A program made the position numbers and the translations under genes. DNA of 64,000 nucleotides from Alphaproteobacteria bacterium (GTDB lineage: Bacteria; Pseudomonadota; Alphaproteobacteria; UBA828). The notes below the pieces were generated by a model. The model had not been told where the DNA came from. It saw only the letters and a program-made list of their open reading frames with translations, and ran no database searches. This document shows, piece by piece, positions 58,828 to 64,000 of the stretch. The stretch lies in the NCBI GenBank assembly GCA_965242855.1, contig OZ251509.1, positions 337,648 to 401,647 on the forward strand, read 5' to 3'. Within the stretch, counting starts at the first letter, position 1. Each line of letters begins with the position of its first letter.

Positions 58828-59855
58828 CCGCGACCGCCGCGCCGCCGTTCGTCGCCATCGGCGAGAACATCCACGCGACCCGCGTCGTGCTCCGCAAGGG
58901 CAAGCGCGTCGCCGTGCGCGACGGCGCGGAGGCCGTCCTCTACCGCGCGGCCGACGGCGCGGAGCGCGCCCTGCCCGTCCCCGAGGCGGCGAAGAAGACC
59001 AAGGATTACGAGGAGGGACGGGTCAAGCACGTCCAGATCGCGATCGAGACGGCGATGGAAACCGGCGACCCGGGCGAGGGCCGGCGCTACATCGAGGCCC
59101 TGGTCCGCCATCAGGAGCGGGCGGGCGCGGCCTTCCTTGATCTCAACGTGGACGAGATGTCGCCGAAGCTCGAAGTGCAGACCGCCGCCATGGCCTGGCT
59201 CGCCCGCACCGTCCAGGGCATGACGGCGCTGCCGCTCTCGATCGATTCCTCCAGCATCGACGTGATCCGCGCCGGGCTCGAGGCGCTGGCGCCCGGCGGC
59301 GCGCGGGCGATGCTCAACTCCGCCTCGCTGGAGCGCCTGGATGCGCTCGCCCTCGCGCGCACCCACGACTGCCGCGTGGTGGTGACGGCGGCCGGCGAGA
59401 AGGGAATGCCCGACGGCGCGGAGGCGCGCGTCGCCAACGCTTCGCGCATGATCGAGGCCGCAGGCGGCGCAGGCTTCGCGGAGGGCGACGTCTACGTCGA
59501 TCCGCTGGTCTTCCCGGTTTCCGTGGACGGTCGCTACGGCCGCCACTGCCTGGACGCGATCCGCGCCCTGCGCGCCGCGTTCGGCGCCGCGATCCACATC
59601 ACCGGCGGCATGAGCAACGTTTCGTTCGGCCTGCCGGCCCGCAGGCTCCTGAACGAGGCCTTCGCCCTGCTCGCGGTCGAGGCCGGCGCCGACGGCGGCA
59701 TCATGGACCCGGTCGCGAGCCCGCCGGCCGCCCTCTTCGCCCGCGACCGCGCCGCCCCGCGCCACCGCCTGGCCGAGGACGTCATCCTGGGCCGCGACGA
59801 ACACTGCATGGCCTGGATCCGCGCTTGGCGAAAGGGCGAACTTGCCGTAGGGTGA
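58824..59855 (+). CDS. pterin-binding methyltransferase (MtrH/AcsE/CmuB-like methylcorrinoid:tetrahydrofolate methyltransferase, MT2)
   Basis: ATG overlaps the upstream stop. The pterin-binding TIM-barrel family is indicated by 'FVAIGENIH', 'LDLNVDE' and 'ITGGMSNVSFGLP'. Confidence 0.7.
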   Translation: MTATAAPPFVAIGENIHATRVVLRKGKRVAVRDGAEAVLYRAADGAERALPVPEAAKKTKDYEEGRVKHVQIAIETAMETGDPGEGRRYIEALVRHQERAGAAFLDLNVDEMSPKLEVQTAAMAWLARTVQGMTALPLSIDSSSIDVIRAGLEALAPGGARAMLNSASLERLDALALARTHDCRVVVTAAGEKGMPDGAEARVANASRMIEAAGGAGFAEGDVYVDPLVFPVSVDGRYGRHCLDAIRALRAAFGAAIHITGGMSNVSFGLPARRLLNEAFALLAVEAGADGGIMDPVASPPAALFARDRAAPRHRLAEDVILGRDEHCMAWIRAWRKGELAVG

Positions 59856-59889
59856 CGCCAAGAATCGAAGACATCCGAGGCAACTGAGA

Positions 59890-60693
59890 ATGAGAGAGAA
59901 GCTGCATCCGGACATCGTCCGCATTTTTGAGGAGGAAATCCTCGCTCCGGTCGGAGCAGCGGAAGCAGACGGACCACATGACACCTTGACGGGTTTTTTA
60001 CCGATGAGGGGAGATTTATACGAGCCCGGTGGATTGATGGTTGTCGGACGAGCGACGCACGATTGGAGAATTCGCACCAAGTGGAATTATCTTGGCAGCG
60101 ACGAGTCACGCAAGGAGTACACTCAGGAGGTCGTCAGGGCAAACAGCGATAGCGAAGGAAAATGCTCCATGATATGGGTTAAGGAGCTATGGGGAAACAC
60201 CGAGTGTAACAAGAAGTACGGATCGAAGTACAACACCAAAAGCTCTGCTTTTTGGAGAGTTATTCAGAAAGTGACCACATACATACCCATAACTGAAGAC
60301 GAGTCGAACTTCTCTTCTTGGCTGGTGTACTCGAATCTGTACAAACTCTCTCCAATCAGCGGTAATCCCCGTGGGAAGCTTCGCCATCTTCAACTGAGAG
60401 GTTGCAAATCCTCATTCAAGCGCGAAATTGATGTTTTTCGCCCAGGTCGCCTACTTCTTCTCACCGGATTGCGGGGGTCGCAGTGGGCCGCCAAACCATT
60501 TCTCGAGAAGCTTTGCATTGATAGCAAAGACGATGGTGAGCTGGAACACGTCGAGCTCAAGGGGCGATTGCATTATCCGGAGGGAAACTCGGCGAGCCTC
60601 GTCGTCGCCAAGCATCCACGGGGGAAGAAAGAGGATATCTGGGTCGACCAGGTGGTGAAAGCTTTCAGCATGACCGGTGCCCCGACGAGATAA
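59890..60693 (+). CDS. hypothetical protein, low-GC single-gene insertion (267 aa)
   Basis: GC is ~48%. RBS 'gaggcaactgagaATG'. No recognisable domain. It sits between the MtrH-like gene and the LLM monooxygenase. Confidence 0.5.
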   Translation: MREKLHPDIVRIFEEEILAPVGAAEADGPHDTLTGFLPMRGDLYEPGGLMVVGRATHDWRIRTKWNYLGSDESRKEYTQEVVRANSDSEGKCSMIWVKELWGNTECNKKYGSKYNTKSSAFWRVIQKVTTYIPITEDESNFSSWLVYSNLYKLSPISGNPRGKLRHLQLRGCKSSFKREIDVFRPGRLLLLTGLRGSQWAAKPFLEKLCIDSKDDGELEHVELKGRLHYPEGNSASLVVAKHPRGKKEDIWVDQVVKAFSMTGAPTR

Positions 60694-60703
60694 TGGGAAG
60701 CAA

Positions 60704-61732
<1,029 letters not shown>

Positions 61733-61773
61733 GGGCGGTTTCGGGCGGGGCCTGTCCGGGTTGAGGCCGTCGT

Positions 61774-63945
<2,172 letters not shown>

Positions 63946-64000
63946 GGGCGCATTGTAGGGTCTCGGCGCCGCCGGACGCCAGAGAGCGGAGCCGGCAAGG

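Overview
This is a high-GC (~68-70%) chromosomal segment that looks alphaproteobacterial. It is densely coded on both strands, and many listed ORFs on the opposite strand of real genes are high-GC artefacts (for example 3632..7153, 44447..46423, 60704..63007 upstream of 61732).

Core content is metabolic. There is a polyamine-type ABC importer (1477-5857), pcm, an HpaB-family flavin monooxygenase, a porin and an acyl-CoA synthetase. A C2-C4 organic-acid theme runs through the window: a tartrate dehydrogenase-like gene, an FAD oxidase, glcDEF, a glyoxylate/hydroxypyruvate reductase, glycerate kinase and pyruvate kinase. Also present are hydantoinase hyuA/hyuB plus a class II aldolase, a sugar-type ABC importer with two ATPases next to SnoaL and intradiol-dioxygenase genes, a four-component corrinoid-dependent methyltransferase cluster (URO-D-type MT1, corrinoid protein, RACo activator, MtrH-like MT2), an LLM monooxygenase and uvrB.

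Several lower-GC (~45-58%) insertions carry the accessory content:
- (i) A restriction-modification locus with three DNA methyltransferases (a beta-class SPPF enzyme, an alpha-class SPPY enzyme and a Dam-family DPPY enzyme) and a putative restriction endonuclease. The low-GC cassette boundaries fall inside the two flanking high-GC methyltransferase genes.
- (ii) A Fic-domain protein with a ~190-aa C-terminal extension, followed by a 71-aa zinc-ribbon protein that carries a canonical Fic inhibitory motif (TxxxEG).
- (iii) A GmrSD-like (DUF262+DUF1524) type IV restriction gene inactivated by an exact 13-bp tandem duplication.
- (iv) Two single-gene low-GC orphans (35317..35685 and 59890..60693) of unknown function.
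- (v) A HigB/HigA-like toxin-antitoxin pair whose toxin ORF has a low-GC, internally repetitive N-terminal extension.

No rRNA, tRNA, CRISPR array or transposase was recognised by eye.
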